From Trypanosoma brucei (Eukaryota): a stretch of DNA of 64,000 nt. The stretch is from the NCBI GenBank assembly GCA_000002445.1, contig AL929603.2, positions 64,001-128,000 on the forward strand. Reading direction: 5' to 3'. The notes below the pieces were generated by a model. It was given only the letters and a program-made list of their open reading frames with translations. It made no database searches and had not been told where the DNA came from. Within the stretch, counting starts at the first letter, position 1, and the number at the start of each line of letters is the position of its first letter. Positions 11,424-24,355 of the stretch are shown here, piece after piece. The position numbers were made by a program, and so were the translations under genes.

Positions 11424-13915
11424 TCAGGCAGCGGGGCCACCAGCAATAGCGTTTGGTTCATCCTGGGTGATCTCCTTAACAATATTCCCTTCCATCTTCA
11501 CTTGAAACTGGTTGATTCTATTCCACAACTCTGTAGTATAATCGCCTCTGCCCCCAACTGGTTCGCACTTCTGCCTCTCCTCGATTGGCTTGCTGTCACT
11601 GTACTGTATGTAAATCAGCTCCCATTTCAAGTTTCTTGCGAGCTTATCCCATTCACCAAACAATTGTTTCATTGCCTTGATAAACTTATCTACCTTCTCT
11701 CGTGTCGTGTGATGCGTTGGTGCCACTGTCGGCTGGAGCAGAACAATTGTTCTTGTAATGATCGCTCTTCCTTCTCTATCAACAGCTGGCTCAGTTACAA
11801 AGAAAAAGGCGTCCACAACGGGGAAATTTCCCTGTACAGGTCGGTAAAGGCACCCAACCTCAATGTCTTGGCCTGTCGTTTCGGGTAAATATGACGAAGT
11901 GAAGTTGGAACACGTCCCACGGCATTACCACTTGCCAGAGCGGATACATTTGAATCCATTTCTTCTCCAACGCGAGGGAGATACCGCAGGTGCGTCACAA
12001 TCGTCTGCACAACATTTCCCATCGTGAAGGCATATATGCCCACATTTTCAAATTCATCAGCGGCCTGCTCTTTTTTCCCACGAAAAACCTTTCGAAGGTA
12101 ATTGTCTCGCATACATGCTGTGTCCGCCCACTCTCTCAATTTCTGCTCAATATCAATGGAAACAGCTCTGTTTCTGCATTCTTCTCCATTCTCAGTTACA
12201 ACCCGGACCAACTTAGCCAACCTGTATGTAGTCCCGTCCTCGCGCCATTCAACTCGACTATTCAGCACCTTCATGTAGTGTTCAGCATCGCCTCTACTGA
12301 TTTCTGCCAGTGCCTCATTTATTTCTCTAACATGGTCACAATAGGGTTTGTCACCTTCCAGTACGTGGCGGGGCAGTGGGCCCACCTTCTTAATCCATCC
12401 TTCTATTTTCTGCCATTCATTCTCAAGGTTTATGATGTGAGCTTCGGTGATTTTACTTTCGTCCAACTTCGACAGCCGCCTCCACGCAACCGCAGCCTTC
12501 AGTTCCACCTCTTCATAGCAATTGATGCAAAAGCGCTCGCAAGCCCGTGGCCGCTTCCAGCGTCTGTAGTTATTTGGATCTGGAGATGTCAACACAATTA
12601 CGGGCCACGTTTCCGGCAATTTTGTCGGTATGGGTTCATCTCTCTCTTTCGCAAAGTCGTATATAATGTAACCAAGACCTTCTTCATCAGCCAAGTCATT
12701 GACAGCATCCACTCCATCTTTTTCTTCTTCATAAAATACAACCTTTCTCGGATGATCATTTGTCGCCCTGAAGAAAATATATGCCCTACCCTTCACAAAA
12801 TAAGCGATAATCCGCAACAGCTCCGAATCGTAATGCAGCAACCTTTGGAGCAGAAACGAGCCAACACCAAATGATTTCCCAATACCTGGAGTGCCAACGA
12901 GGACGCAAGGTATCTTTTTTTTATTCACGCCTGGCCCTAACCACAAATCCAGCCTCTGCTTCACAAGATACCACACTCTCATTACCTCTCGACGAATGTA
13001 CACATCCCGGTCAAACACGTAGTCTCCTGGTTCCTCCGCACCCTCTTGAATTACACTTCGCGGAATGCGGAAACGGTTATACGGCCAACCCTTCTGCGAG
13101 GTGAGCACAGCAATCTCCAAATTACCGTGACGAGGCAGTGGGTCGCACAAGTCATAAGGCGTGTGACTGACATTCACCTCCTCTTCTGTCCACAACTCGG
13201 GCTCGCCGTCACAATTACCCACAACCTTCATGCCAAGAGGTAAATCATTGTGACCCGACTCCACATAACCCCACGTCGCATTGTATATGGATTCATATAC
13301 TCCTTTCAGTTCGACACCATCAGCTTTTTGGGCAGCTCTTTTCCTTGCTTCTTTGGCGGCCGCCAACGCTCCATCCAACCTTCCCCTCGCCATGGGACCA
13401 ACAAATTCTCTTATTTCCACTGTCCCCTTCTCCTCCCACTGACTGAGGTAGTAAATTTCTTTTTCGTCAAGGTACCTTGCTTTCCGCTTCATTTCAGAGA
13501 ATTGGTTATATAATTCTTTATATTCCTCAAACTCATCAAGCCGCCGTATCCTTCCTAGAATCCCGGCATCCAAAATATAATCCTCCGGGCTCTGGACAAA
13601 CACATCCATTGCCACATTCTCTGTGTCATACGTATTAGAGAATTTTTTCAGCAAAAAGTCATGCACTGTCATATCCCTCAAACCCGCATAATCATCCAGC
13701 AGCACATCCCTCACCTTACTATCCATTGTCCAGTTGGGCCCCCCTTCAGTTCTCTGCCGTATTTGTGGAGGCTGAGCAGCAGCAGCAGCAGCAGGAGGAG
13801 GAGGCGGCGGTACATTTTCATCCCGTGGCCTCCTCATGGGCCCTTCAAAATTATCTGCCACTTGTTGATTTTCATTATTTCCTTGTGGAGCTGCGGGACT
13901 ATTTGCTCTTGACAT
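11424..13915 (-). pseudogene. RHS: RHS type-2 copy a. Full length of 830 codons, but frameshifted by a 1-bp deletion in a G/C homopolymer (GGG at 11883..11885, where the paralog at 27824..27827 has GGGG).
   Basis: The 706-aa ORF (11795..13915) and the 130-aa ORF (11424..11816) together are collinear with the paralog 27365..28843 plus 34052..35081. The downstream ORF matches the paralog C-terminus (FFFVTEPAVDREGRAI...AIAGGPAA) in the -1 frame. Confidence 0.8.
12845..12856 (-). other. Unoccupied (empty) ingi hot-spot target TTCTGCTCCAAA (minus-strand sense) in RHS2a. It is identical to the TSD flanking ingi-1.
   Basis: Plus strand 12845..12856 reads tttggagcagaa, followed by acgagccaacacc. Exactly this 12-mer is duplicated at 28786..28797 and 34052..34063. 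Confidence 0.85.
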
Positions 13916-15930
13916 AACTCTCTTAATATTATTAACTTAACTTCCTTTCCTTTCCTTTTTTCTCTGAAATTATAAATAACTGAAGTAAAATAATATATAA
14001 GGAAACAATAGCGGGTGAACAGTGTAACATAATATCAAATGTGATAGAGCAATATAATGTTTACTCACTATAGTTTGTATAATATGATATCATAATGCAT
14101 TTGGTATTGAGGGGAACAATTTCAAAATATAGCAGCTGTAAATAAATATTTCCCTTGCTTCATTATCATGTGCTAAATATAATGAACTTCATACATCATT
14201 TCTTTTTAAACCATGAATAATATGGAAACAAAAAATATTACTGCCTCATATACCTGCATAAACACTTCGTATATATAATCAATATTTAAAGAGAGTCAAA
14301 TTCTATCAATTAAAATCAAGTTAAACAAAAAACAAAAAATTTATGGATACTAATGAAACGAAGAAAAAGAGTATCGGCACAACACATAGATATACACACA
14401 TGGATACGCACTACACAACTGTTCCACTGGAGTTTCCTCACTTCTGTCAATACGTAATATTCACTTGCATTGAATAAACTCATTGAAATATAAATCACTT
14501 ATCCCCTCCCCCGTGTATTCACTTACTTCCAAAGGAGAATATTAAATAATGTCTGTAGGACAGGTAAAAAAAACTGATAGTCTTTTTGCATCAGATAACC
14601 AGAGAGTATTTCTGTTTACTTTCATAATAAATAAAAACATTCTTTCACCTTCAGTTAAAATAAAATTTAATTACTTGCCTCCTCATTGTTCACAACTATC
14701 AACAACTAATTCAGCGACACAAATTCACATGTATTTTATGTGCCTTCGTTGTTTGATTCATTCACACATCTTTTATGATGGTGATTATACAACTTATTGT
14801 AAAAAATTGGAATAAAATTAATACAATTAATTGAGGAAACCGTAAAAGATTATCATAACATATCTTTTATTTTCCCTCCCTTCATTTACACAGATTAAAT
14901 ATGTAATGATAAAATTCCTTTTCAGTACGTGTCCACACTTATTGTATCATCATTGTAAGTTTCCTATTGCTCATATACACAAAGCTATTGGAATAACAAA
15001 AACATAAAACAACACATCTAAAGAACTTGAAAAAATATATAATAAATGTAAAAGAGGATGTATGAACTGACAGATAATAAAATGAAACACGTCTCGCATT
15101 TTCCTTCTAAATATTCAATAGTTGGCGGATTACAAAACAATTACACATTATAGAAAGGAAGGAATATAATTACATTATACATCTGCATGTGGATATGTAA
15201 CAGTGAGTCATAGTAGAGATGAATTGCCTAAACACGATAGTTATGGAAGATAACATAATTCAAAATATCAAAAATATTATTCTATCAAAATTCCCTTCCT
15301 TCTCCATTAAGTTTTCAAATGGTTTCAAATAATAATTCACATAATTCCATACATATGTTATGATGGGTATTGCATGCAGTACAATTTAAAGGAAGTGCAA
15401 CTCATATAACATTTTCAAAAAAAGGTATTGAATGGTTGTTTGCTACCATCAATTACATTTCCAATGCCTAATTACACTTTTATATGCATGAAGGAAGTTA
15501 CTGATCATAACTTTGACATGCTCGAGAATCCATAACACAAAGCGACTGCTGCATGCAATAAAAAATATAAATATAAATAACATCCGAATTCATTTACTGA
15601 CAGATGAGTGCAATTCATTCATCCAAACTTCATAGCTGCAGAAATAAACTCGTTGCTTCCAATAGGAAATGATCGCGCATAAATATTGAGTATCTGAAAA
15701 TGATAGCAACGGGTTTCCATTTTTGAAATATATACATAAACTACATGATGTATATGAAGCCATATTTGTAAAGTGTCACTACGCATGTTGCAATTTACTA
15801 TCAGAAGTGTCTGCCTTATTTTATTTCTTGTGTTAATGTAACTCATGAGTATTATTCATTATTCTTTACAATACAACTGTAAGTCATTTTGCATTTTTAC
15901 ATATTTCCTTATTCTCTCATACTGGAAGTA
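13916..15930. repeat. B-type segment copy 2 (5' flank of RHS2a).
   Basis: Same start sequence and body as 8406..10440, with a few indels and substitutions. Confidence 0.8.
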
Positions 15931-18900
15931 TTCCACATATAAGATTCCTCAATATCGTTCACAAAATAAAAATAATTTTATTTACTTCTGCATTCAGTTT
16001 CTCGTGTAGCAGTGTGCACTAATCATCCATAAAGTTTTTAATTTGCCAAATACATCATTACGAAACTATTTTCCACAAATAAACAAACAAACAAATCATT
16101 GGGACAATATCTTTGAGATATTTCCTTTACTACATTTGCAGTTCAGTAGTAATTAAAATACACTTTTTGTATAATTCAACACATGGTGGAATTGCAAAGA
16201 AATGTGATGGTACTTATAATCAACAAGTTCCCAATTTTCCTCATACGGTCTCCTTTCATGCCTTTACATCCATATATAATTCACAGAGAATTACTGCAAT
16301 TTCTTTCATATGCTTTCAGGATTCCATATGTCACAATACAAATAATATATATATATATATCCTCCTACATAATTTGGACAGAATATTGCTTAACATATAA
16401 ATTATCACAAACCTACGATATTACACTCTTCCTAAGAATAATAGAATCAAATTATTTCTATTTTGCATCATTACATGAAGCTTTGGAAAATGAAAAAAAA
16501 GAATCAAACAAAAGGTAATGTAAACAACACAGTTTTTTAATACAGAATATAACTTGTTTGTGAATTTCAGATGCAAACACAAAATGTTCAAACAGGGAAA
16601 CAGTAAAGGACGGTACTGGTGATGTAAGCACAAATTAATCAAAAATAGAAACATAAATAAATTTGAAACTTATAAAAACACAAATATATATGATACAAAT
16701 ATTTACCACATATTATAATTCGCCACCCTCACACTTGAATTACAAAAAGTACATAACACACATATGTGCCATCTTCTTAACATAATCATTCCAATATTTA
16801 CTCAGTATGTGTGTGTGTGTAGAAATGATGAAATGTAATTGTAACAAATCAGGCACAACACAAACAAAATATATGCATTATATTATTCTCTAAAAAGTAG
16901 AAGAATAAAAATCAAGAAATATTACGCAGCTTTCCTCACAAGTAATTTTGTTTCTGTGCATATATATATACATAACACGACAGCTGACAACATTAAACTC
17001 TCAATTCCATAATATCTGACGCCTGAAGTGATAATTAGCCGCGGATGCCTCTATCAAAAAACAACAGAAATAACAACATCAAAGCATGTTTTGAAAGCTT
17101 AAATAAACTTCCTCATGGATAAACCATTTGTACAAAGTTTGAGTGACAAGTAGGAGGAACAAAGAAAAAATAAAAAAAGAAGAATTAAATGGTAAAAGAA
17201 TTGCGTGTGATATAACTAAAGGATTTGTTAGGCACTACACTCATTAAACTCCAGTTTCATAAAAATACTGCAAGGCATAATATTTACTGCTTTACCGGTT
17301 ATGTGCCTCCAGCAAGCAATAATAAATACTTCGAGTATTATTCGATTTCTGATGCTATGAAGTGTGTAATAAATTAGTGCATGAGTAAAATATTCAAATG
17401 TTGGTGTTCACTTCAGATTATAAACTCTGCACTATGAATGTCTAGCGATGTTTATAATTTGAGAGAGCAAAAGTGACGGCGCTACTATTTATTTCTTCCG
17501 GTTCATGAATATATATAAATATATTTATACATATATAATCAGATGTGACATGCAAAAGCGTTTAAACATCAGGCATGAACATCTTTCCATCCATTTAAAG
17601 TAAGACGATACAATAAGGTAAGTTTAGGATGAAGTGAAGGTATCATAATGTTAATATCTTCCTTCAAGCGGAGGATTCAATTCAAATAGGCGTACTTCAC
17701 AAACAATAGTAAAATAACTGAGAAAACTTATATCACTTAATCGTTATTTCCTTCAATTCTTATTTTGAATCGCTCTGTACCGTCACACCTTCAATAAAGT
17801 ATATAGTGACGCATTTCACACATCTTCCCTAAGCCATCTCTCATAGTCATAGTTCTCAACAGCAATAATAACAAATAATGAATGGTTTAGTTCTTACCTT
17901 CCCTTTTTTACTACCCACAAGAAAGATATACGAAATAATTATCATGCTGAATAAACAGTAAGGTTTCCTCATCATCCTACGCAAAATATGAATTGAAACG
18001 ATAATTTACTAACGAAGCGGAAGTGTCTGAAAGCGTCTTTAACTCATCTCCTGTGCGGGGCGAAGAGGGTTGTGTTGTGTGGGCTTTCTAAAAATTTCAC
18101 TCTCTTGCAGACAGCTGTGTAAATAAACGGGGAGTACAGGTGTGTTTAGAGAAATATAACCGTACAAAATAATACTCTGCACTCCTAAGTCCAAAACAAC
18201 CATTCATAATGCAGGCTTTCATTAAAAAAATAAGTAGCAGTAGTAGTAGTAAGGAGAAAGCTATTGTTTTTTCTCACTCCTGCTGCCACGTACATCATGC
18301 ATGATACAACAGTTTCCATTTATTCTATAGTAGATTTTTTCACATAGCAAGGGATACTCGGAATTGTTGTGTCACTTTCGTTGTCCCAGCCATACTGTCT
18401 GCTTTTCATGGTTAAACTAAAACTCCAATGAAATCACATTGTTGTGTCATCTTTTGCAAATCACCAATGATAGTATGCCCTACATTCCTCCATGCTCGTA
18501 ACTATTTTGTTTCCACGACATTTAACCACGTCATGTGCCTCACACTAATAAATATGTTGCATATCCATGTTTGAGTCCTCAATATTTCAGGGGTCGCCTG
18601 CTGCAGCCTCACGAGAAGTGCATGTCCTGAAAAGACCCTTGTGATGGTGTGTAAAACTCCAGGGTTCTCTTTATTAACTGATGGGGAGTCGATTCGAATT
18701 CAATAGTTCCTCATTTTAGTTAAGGCATCGGAACTCCAGCCGAACATCCTCAGGCAACTTCACTTTGGAGAGGAATGACTTTAGATCAAACAATGCTACA
18801 GACTGGTCATGGAGAGTATTTAAATACTGGGAAAAGTGACCCAATGGGAGATATGCCTCATAATCATCCCTGCTCTTTTTAGCCTTTGGTCATGCAATAA

Positions 18901-21853
18901 ATCAACGCCTTCTTCCAAATCTGTGTTTCCCCCAATCACAAAGAATAGCACATAACTCATCCTGTCATATGTCTCTCTGAAACTGTGCCAATGATACGCG
19001 GCTGCTTCATTATTTGGGCATACTTTTCTACAATGCGCAATTCTGACTCCTTCTTTGATACTTTCTCTCTTTGTTTCTTTCTGCATCATCTGTGCTATTC
19101 TTAATGCTCCAACCCTCATCAAATCGCTTACTCGCTGCTTGCATCATCCTCTGTCAAATCCACGGAAGGGAAATCATTCCCACATTCATTTCCTATTGGA
19201 GAGGTGAAGTCTTTTTTTTTCCTCATCCCGTGAGGTCACCTTTGTTTTCCCTTGTGAGTGTCAAGGAATGCTGTGCAATCGATAATTTGGGAAAGTTATT
19301 CACCGTTATAAGTCCCGGCTTCCCTCACACTGGGGCCGCACATTCCTTCCAATTGTATCTTACATCAAAAACATTAAAAGAATCGACTTGCTGACGGCAG
19401 CTGTCACATATCTGAGATACCGCACTGTGCTTCGTTGGAGTTCCATTGTGTAGATGTGCTTTCCCATTTGTATTAATAATATGTTGTCAATGTCGTGCTC
19501 CATTGCAACTACTGCCGCTGCGCGTGTCAGCAGTGCTCTTCTCTTTATGGGATGTTCTATCATTACGTATGGTCTTTTCAGTATGGTATCACATTTTTCC
19601 TTTTGTGGTAATGGCTATGATTTTTCCTCTTTCCTCCAGAGGTTCCTCCCTATGACTTTTCTCACACTGGCAATATCCTTTTCCCAGTTGATATTTACGC
19701 ATCGTGTGACTCTGTGGGTATCGCTTTTGAATTTCTTTGGAAGGTTCCCCCCAAAATCCACTATTGAGGCTTGCCTGCCGTGTGAGTGTGGTATAACATT
19801 TTTCTCTTTTTTTTCGGAGCTGTGTAATTTCTTTTTGCCATCGCATGGCTGGGTGTAATTCAGGTCACTACTCATATTGCAACTGGATACCACTCTGGAC
19901 GGAACTTCCTGCAAGATATTATCGAATCACCATTACAACATGTGTTGTGTTTGTTTGATGGGTTCACCTGTTACCGTATTGTAAAGACGGACCCCAAAAA
20001 CAACATCCGCGTCGGTGTGTCCAATAGAGATGATGGAAGAGTTCTCCTGTACTGAAATGGCGTTGCTCTCTGAGAGTCGTAAACTTACAACAACAAATAG
20101 AAGTGCAGTTACATCCTATGCTGGAATGCGGTAATGATTTTCCGCCAATGCATAAAAACACCGCATGATGAATTCCCTGTTCCTCACATGTTTTAGTCCT
20201 CAGCCACATTCACTTTCCTATTCTATTGGCTCCTGAAACCATTGCCATGATGTACGGATGGCTTTGTGTGTGGGAACTGCAATAAAAATAATAATTATTA
20301 TTATAACTCCTTTCACCAATGAGTTTACTATTGGTTGTAAAAGTGCTCTTGGTGCCACTCCATTATTCTTTTTGAGTCCCCAGCTTTTGAGGGGCTACTG
20401 TATTTTTTAAAAAGAGTGATGCACCGTTTTATTCTCCACCCCTTTCAGGTGACTTCCTCCTGCATCGTTTTTACTTTCCCATTGTAGAATGTTTCTCAAG
20501 GTGTTTCCTTTGTGAAGCTTTGGTTATGCTATAAGTAAAGACCACTCAACTCCATGCTTCCGGGACCTGTTGTTGCATTTATTCCCCTTTAGTTGCTGCA
20601 AATTTGTTTATTTGACAAGTTGTAGTGCAATACTTCACTTGACCATATGTGTAACATCGTGTCTCGTTGCTTTATAAAAATTCAAAAAGAACACATCAGG
20701 TGATATTCTTCCGTTTTTACTTCGTACATTCACATCTCTTCCCGTCAGTTCGGAAACTCCCACACAAACTCACCACTCTGTGAAGATTTGTAGTTTCCGT
20801 TAGTGATGGGTGTACTGAAGTGGACATGTTTGGCACTTCAAAACTAAGTTTTTTTAAACTTACACCTTCCTTCTTGCATAGAGCTTCAGTGCGAGAGTAA
20901 AAGAATAGTTGAGTGTTATGAGAAAACATAAGCCCAAATATTCTCGATGCAAGTTTTCAATAAAAGCAAACACATTAAGATGGTTCAGTGAACACATGCA
21001 GTATCGTCCATAGCAAAGGTATTATTTACACCCAATAAACAACTCAAACAAATAACACCAGCATACATATCGCAAACATATAAATTGCACCTGCACAAAC
21101 AAATAAAAACTGCTGTGACTCATCATGTGTAAAATATTATGAGCACAAAAACATAAATGTCCTTGACCTTCCATAAATGTATAACACAATATTATTTTGC
21201 ATTATCATCGGGAAAATATTTATATATATATATATATGTATATTCAGCCAAAAGTCAAGAGTGTGCTCTGGCCTTGTAGAACTGTAAATGCGTGAATGTT
21301 CTGTTATTATTGTTTCCCATTGTAAAATGAAGATACCTGCAGATGTGGAGAAACGTCTCCTTTAATGCTTATGATGCATCAAATAATTCTCTCGTAAAGA
21401 AAGGAGCGAGCAAATGCTCAGTACACGTGTCCCTATTTGTATCTTTCAATGAAGGTTCTCTTGAGTGGAGTAAAGAAAAAACAAATAAAAAGCAAGAAGT
21501 ATATGATGTGAGTGATAATACATAATGAAATGACCCAACAAGAGGGAAAGGAAGTTACATGCCTTCACTACAGTCATACAAATAAAGCCAGATCCTTTAC
21601 ACTCGTTTCACAATGTTCTGTCGTATCGCTCTGCATAAAAAAAAAAATACTAATAGGAAATGGAAATGTAAGAAGAAAGTAAAAAAGTATCAAATAGCTC
21701 GAGGGTTATCGACACTCAGCTACGTGGAATGATACGTATCGCAAATTTGTCTTTGAAATGATCACCATCCTAATGAACTTACTCGTATGTTACTTAATCC
21801 TAGGAAATACTTCTCTGTGCGCTCAAGTTACCCGACAACTTTCCTTCCACACC
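15931..21853. repeat. A-type segment copy 2, complete (5.9 kb).
   Basis: Collinear with 1..5903, including the (GT)n at about 16806 versus 865 and the TAG/TAA trinucleotide run at about 18236 versus 2286. Confidence 0.85.
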
Positions 21854-24355
21854 CTATGCATTGTTACCACCTCTATTGTTAACTCCGTTGTTATTTTCAC
21901 CTCTTGTTTTCAATTCAACGTATAGTGCAATAATGTGTTTATAAAGTGAGACCGCGAACTGACGCACTTCCCTTTTCCAAAATCTTTCCTCAACCTCATT
22001 ATTTTGCCCTTCATCTCTGTCAGTCCTTTCACAGCACTGCGGCTTCGTAATTTTTTCGCTGTCAACCCTTTGGACATAAATTATTTCCCATACCATATCA
22101 TTGGAAAAATTGTCCCAACCTTGGAAGTAACTTCGCAAATACCTCTTCATCTTAAATAACCCACCGGTGCTGCAGGGATGTCTACCGGAAACTGTGTACT
22201 GCAGTCCCACAAAAGTCTTCGGGCTCTCAACGAAAAAGAACGCATCAACAACTGGGAAACTCCTTGATTGCGGCTTGTACAATTTCATATATTGAATTTC
22301 AGCTCCAGCTACAATTGGAACATCCTCGGGAACCACAATCGAAGGACCAATGAGTCTTGGTTCTTGCAGCACCTGCAGCACACTTTGTGGAATTTGATTC
22401 CTAGCAAATGAAAGGCCCTGTAACTCCCTTGCCAACTCAGTTAGTGTATTCTCATGCGACAATGCTTCAATGCCACTCTTCTCAAACATGTAGGCGGCGA
22501 TAGCGCGGTTAGACAGCAGAGCAGACATTGCAGCATATTTATCCGTTAGCCAAGGTATCAGAAAGTCTAAAATAGCTTGTCCCGTGTAAGATGAAAGCGG
22601 TCTGCAGCGATACATTTCACACAGGAGCTTCTCCTCCTTCACTCGAACAACCCCTACTAACTTGTGTGATACTTCATCTGTTTGCCACATAGCTGCGTTT
22701 TGGAAATATTTAGCGTAATCATTCATATCATCATCTTTCATTTTGCCAATGGCTTCCTGAACCTTTCCCTCCTGCCTATTATACGAACTAAGACGACCAA
22801 TATGACGAAGCAGTGGACCAACGATACGAATGCGAGCTTGAATTTCTTGCCATTCACTTTCAATTTTCTCCTTTGCAACTGGAGGACTCCACTTGTAAGC
22901 AGGAGCAATTTTCCCCCATCTCGATATGTGTATGGCTTCCAAATCCTTCAATGTATCACAGTTCATGTAAATATCTGAGGCGGTGTTTTGCTTGGACCAT
23001 TCATGGAATTGCTTGACGTTTGGAGAGCTCAAAGCAATACCGGCACAACCAGCAGGTGGTTTCGTCGGAGCAGGATGGTCCTTGTCCACATCGAATATAA
23101 CGTATCCCTTGATATCCTCACCGCTACGTGATCCTCCGATTATTTGCTCAACAACTGTAAATGCATTCCCATAATCATTGTAAAACGTAACATATCCTGC
23201 TCGACCACCTATGGGTTTGTGAAACACATACGCCTTACCCCTCACAACGTATATGATAATCTGAAGCTGACTCGCTTCATAATGCAGTAGTTTGTATAAC
23301 AGTAGGGATCCCACGGAAAACGATTTACCAATACCAGGTGTACCAATAAGAACATTAGACGCATCGTCAACAATCACTTCATCCATAAGCCACCGGTTAA
23401 GCACATTCTCCACCTTGTACCACACCCTCAGTGCTTCCCTGCGGATATAAACATCACTTTTAAAAACATACTCCACTCCCTTCTCATGATTAATATCATA
23501 ATCATTTGGGTTCTTTTCGAAAGACGTGTATGGCCAACCCATTTGAGATGTAAGCACAGCAATCTCCAAGTTACCGTGACGGGGAAGTGGTTCGTTCATA
23601 GTTTCCGGAGTGTGACTGACATCAACCTCCTCCTTCGTCCACATGTGTGGCGGTCTTCCATTGAACACTTTCATGCCAAGTGGCTCTTCATCATAACCCG
23701 ACTCCACATAACCCCACGTCGCATTGTATATAGAATCATATACTCCTTTAAGTTCGCTACCATCAGCTGTTTGGTGAGCTCGCTTTTCCGCTCTCTTGGC
23801 GGCCGTCACCGCTCCATCCAACCTTCCCCTCGCCACGGGACCAACAAATTCTCTTATTTCCACTGTCCCCTTCTCCTCCCACTGACTGAGGTAGTAAATT
23901 TCTTTTTCGTCAAGGTAGTCTACCTTCTCAGACAGATCAATAGCTGTCTTCACTGTTTTAAACTCATTAGTGCCTTGTATATCCTCAAGAATCTCAGCAT
24001 CAACAATATATTTTCTGGGATTCTTAACAAAAATGGGCATCCTAACATTTTCTGCCTCAGCCACCGCAAAAGTCCCGCCAACGAACTTCTGAATAAAGTC
24101 GTTCACTGTCATATCCCTCAAACCCGCATAATCATCCAGCAGCACATCCCTCACCTTACTATCCATTGTCCAGTTGGGCCCCCCTTCAGTTCTCTGCCGT
24201 ATTTGTGGAGGCTGAGCAGCAGCAGCAGCAGCAGGAGGAGGAGGCGGCGGTACATTTTCATCCCGTGGCCTCCTCATGGGCCCTTCAAAATTATCTGCCA
24301 CTTGTTGATTTTCATTATTTCCTTGTGGAGCTGCGGGACTATTTGCTCTTGACAT
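21854..24355 (-). CDS. RHS: RHS protein, type-1 copy b, 833 aa, intact.
   Basis: ATG-initiated 2502-nt ORF. It differs from 5904..8405 at two codons (A to H in RAAQTADG and G to A in EIQGRIRIV) plus a few silent changes. Confidence 0.8.
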   Translation of the reverse strand: MSRANSPAAPQGNNENQQVADNFEGPMRRPRDENVPPPPPPAAAAAAQPPQIRQRTEGGPNWTMDSKVRDVLLDDYAGLRDMTVNDFIQKFVGGTFAVAEAENVRMPIFVKNPRKYIVDAEILEDIQGTNEFKTVKTAIDLSEKVDYLDEKEIYYLSQWEEKGTVEIREFVGPVARGRLDGAVTAAKRAEKRAHQTADGSELKGVYDSIYNATWGYVESGYDEEPLGMKVFNGRPPHMWTKEEVDVSHTPETMNEPLPRHGNLEIAVLTSQMGWPYTSFEKNPNDYDINHEKGVEYVFKSDVYIRREALRVWYKVENVLNRWLMDEVIVDDASNVLIGTPGIGKSFSVGSLLLYKLLHYEASQLQIIIYVVRGKAYVFHKPIGGRAGYVTFYNDYGNAFTVVEQIIGGSRSGEDIKGYVIFDVDKDHPAPTKPPAGCAGIALSSPNVKQFHEWSKQNTASDIYMNCDTLKDLEAIHISRWGKIAPAYKWSPPVAKEKIESEWQEIQARIRIVGPLLRHIGRLSSYNRQEGKVQEAIGKMKDDDMNDYAKYFQNAAMWQTDEVSHKLVGVVRVKEEKLLCEMYRCRPLSSYTGQAILDFLIPWLTDKYAAMSALLSNRAIAAYMFEKSGIEALSHENTLTELARELQGLSFARNQIPQSVLQVLQEPRLIGPSIVVPEDVPIVAGAEIQYMKLYKPQSRSFPVVDAFFFVESPKTFVGLQYTVSGRHPCSTGGLFKMKRYLRSYFQGWDNFSNDMVWEIIYVQRVDSEKITKPQCCERTDRDEGQNNEVEERFWKREVRQFAVSLYKHIIALYVELKTRGENNNGVNNRGGNNA

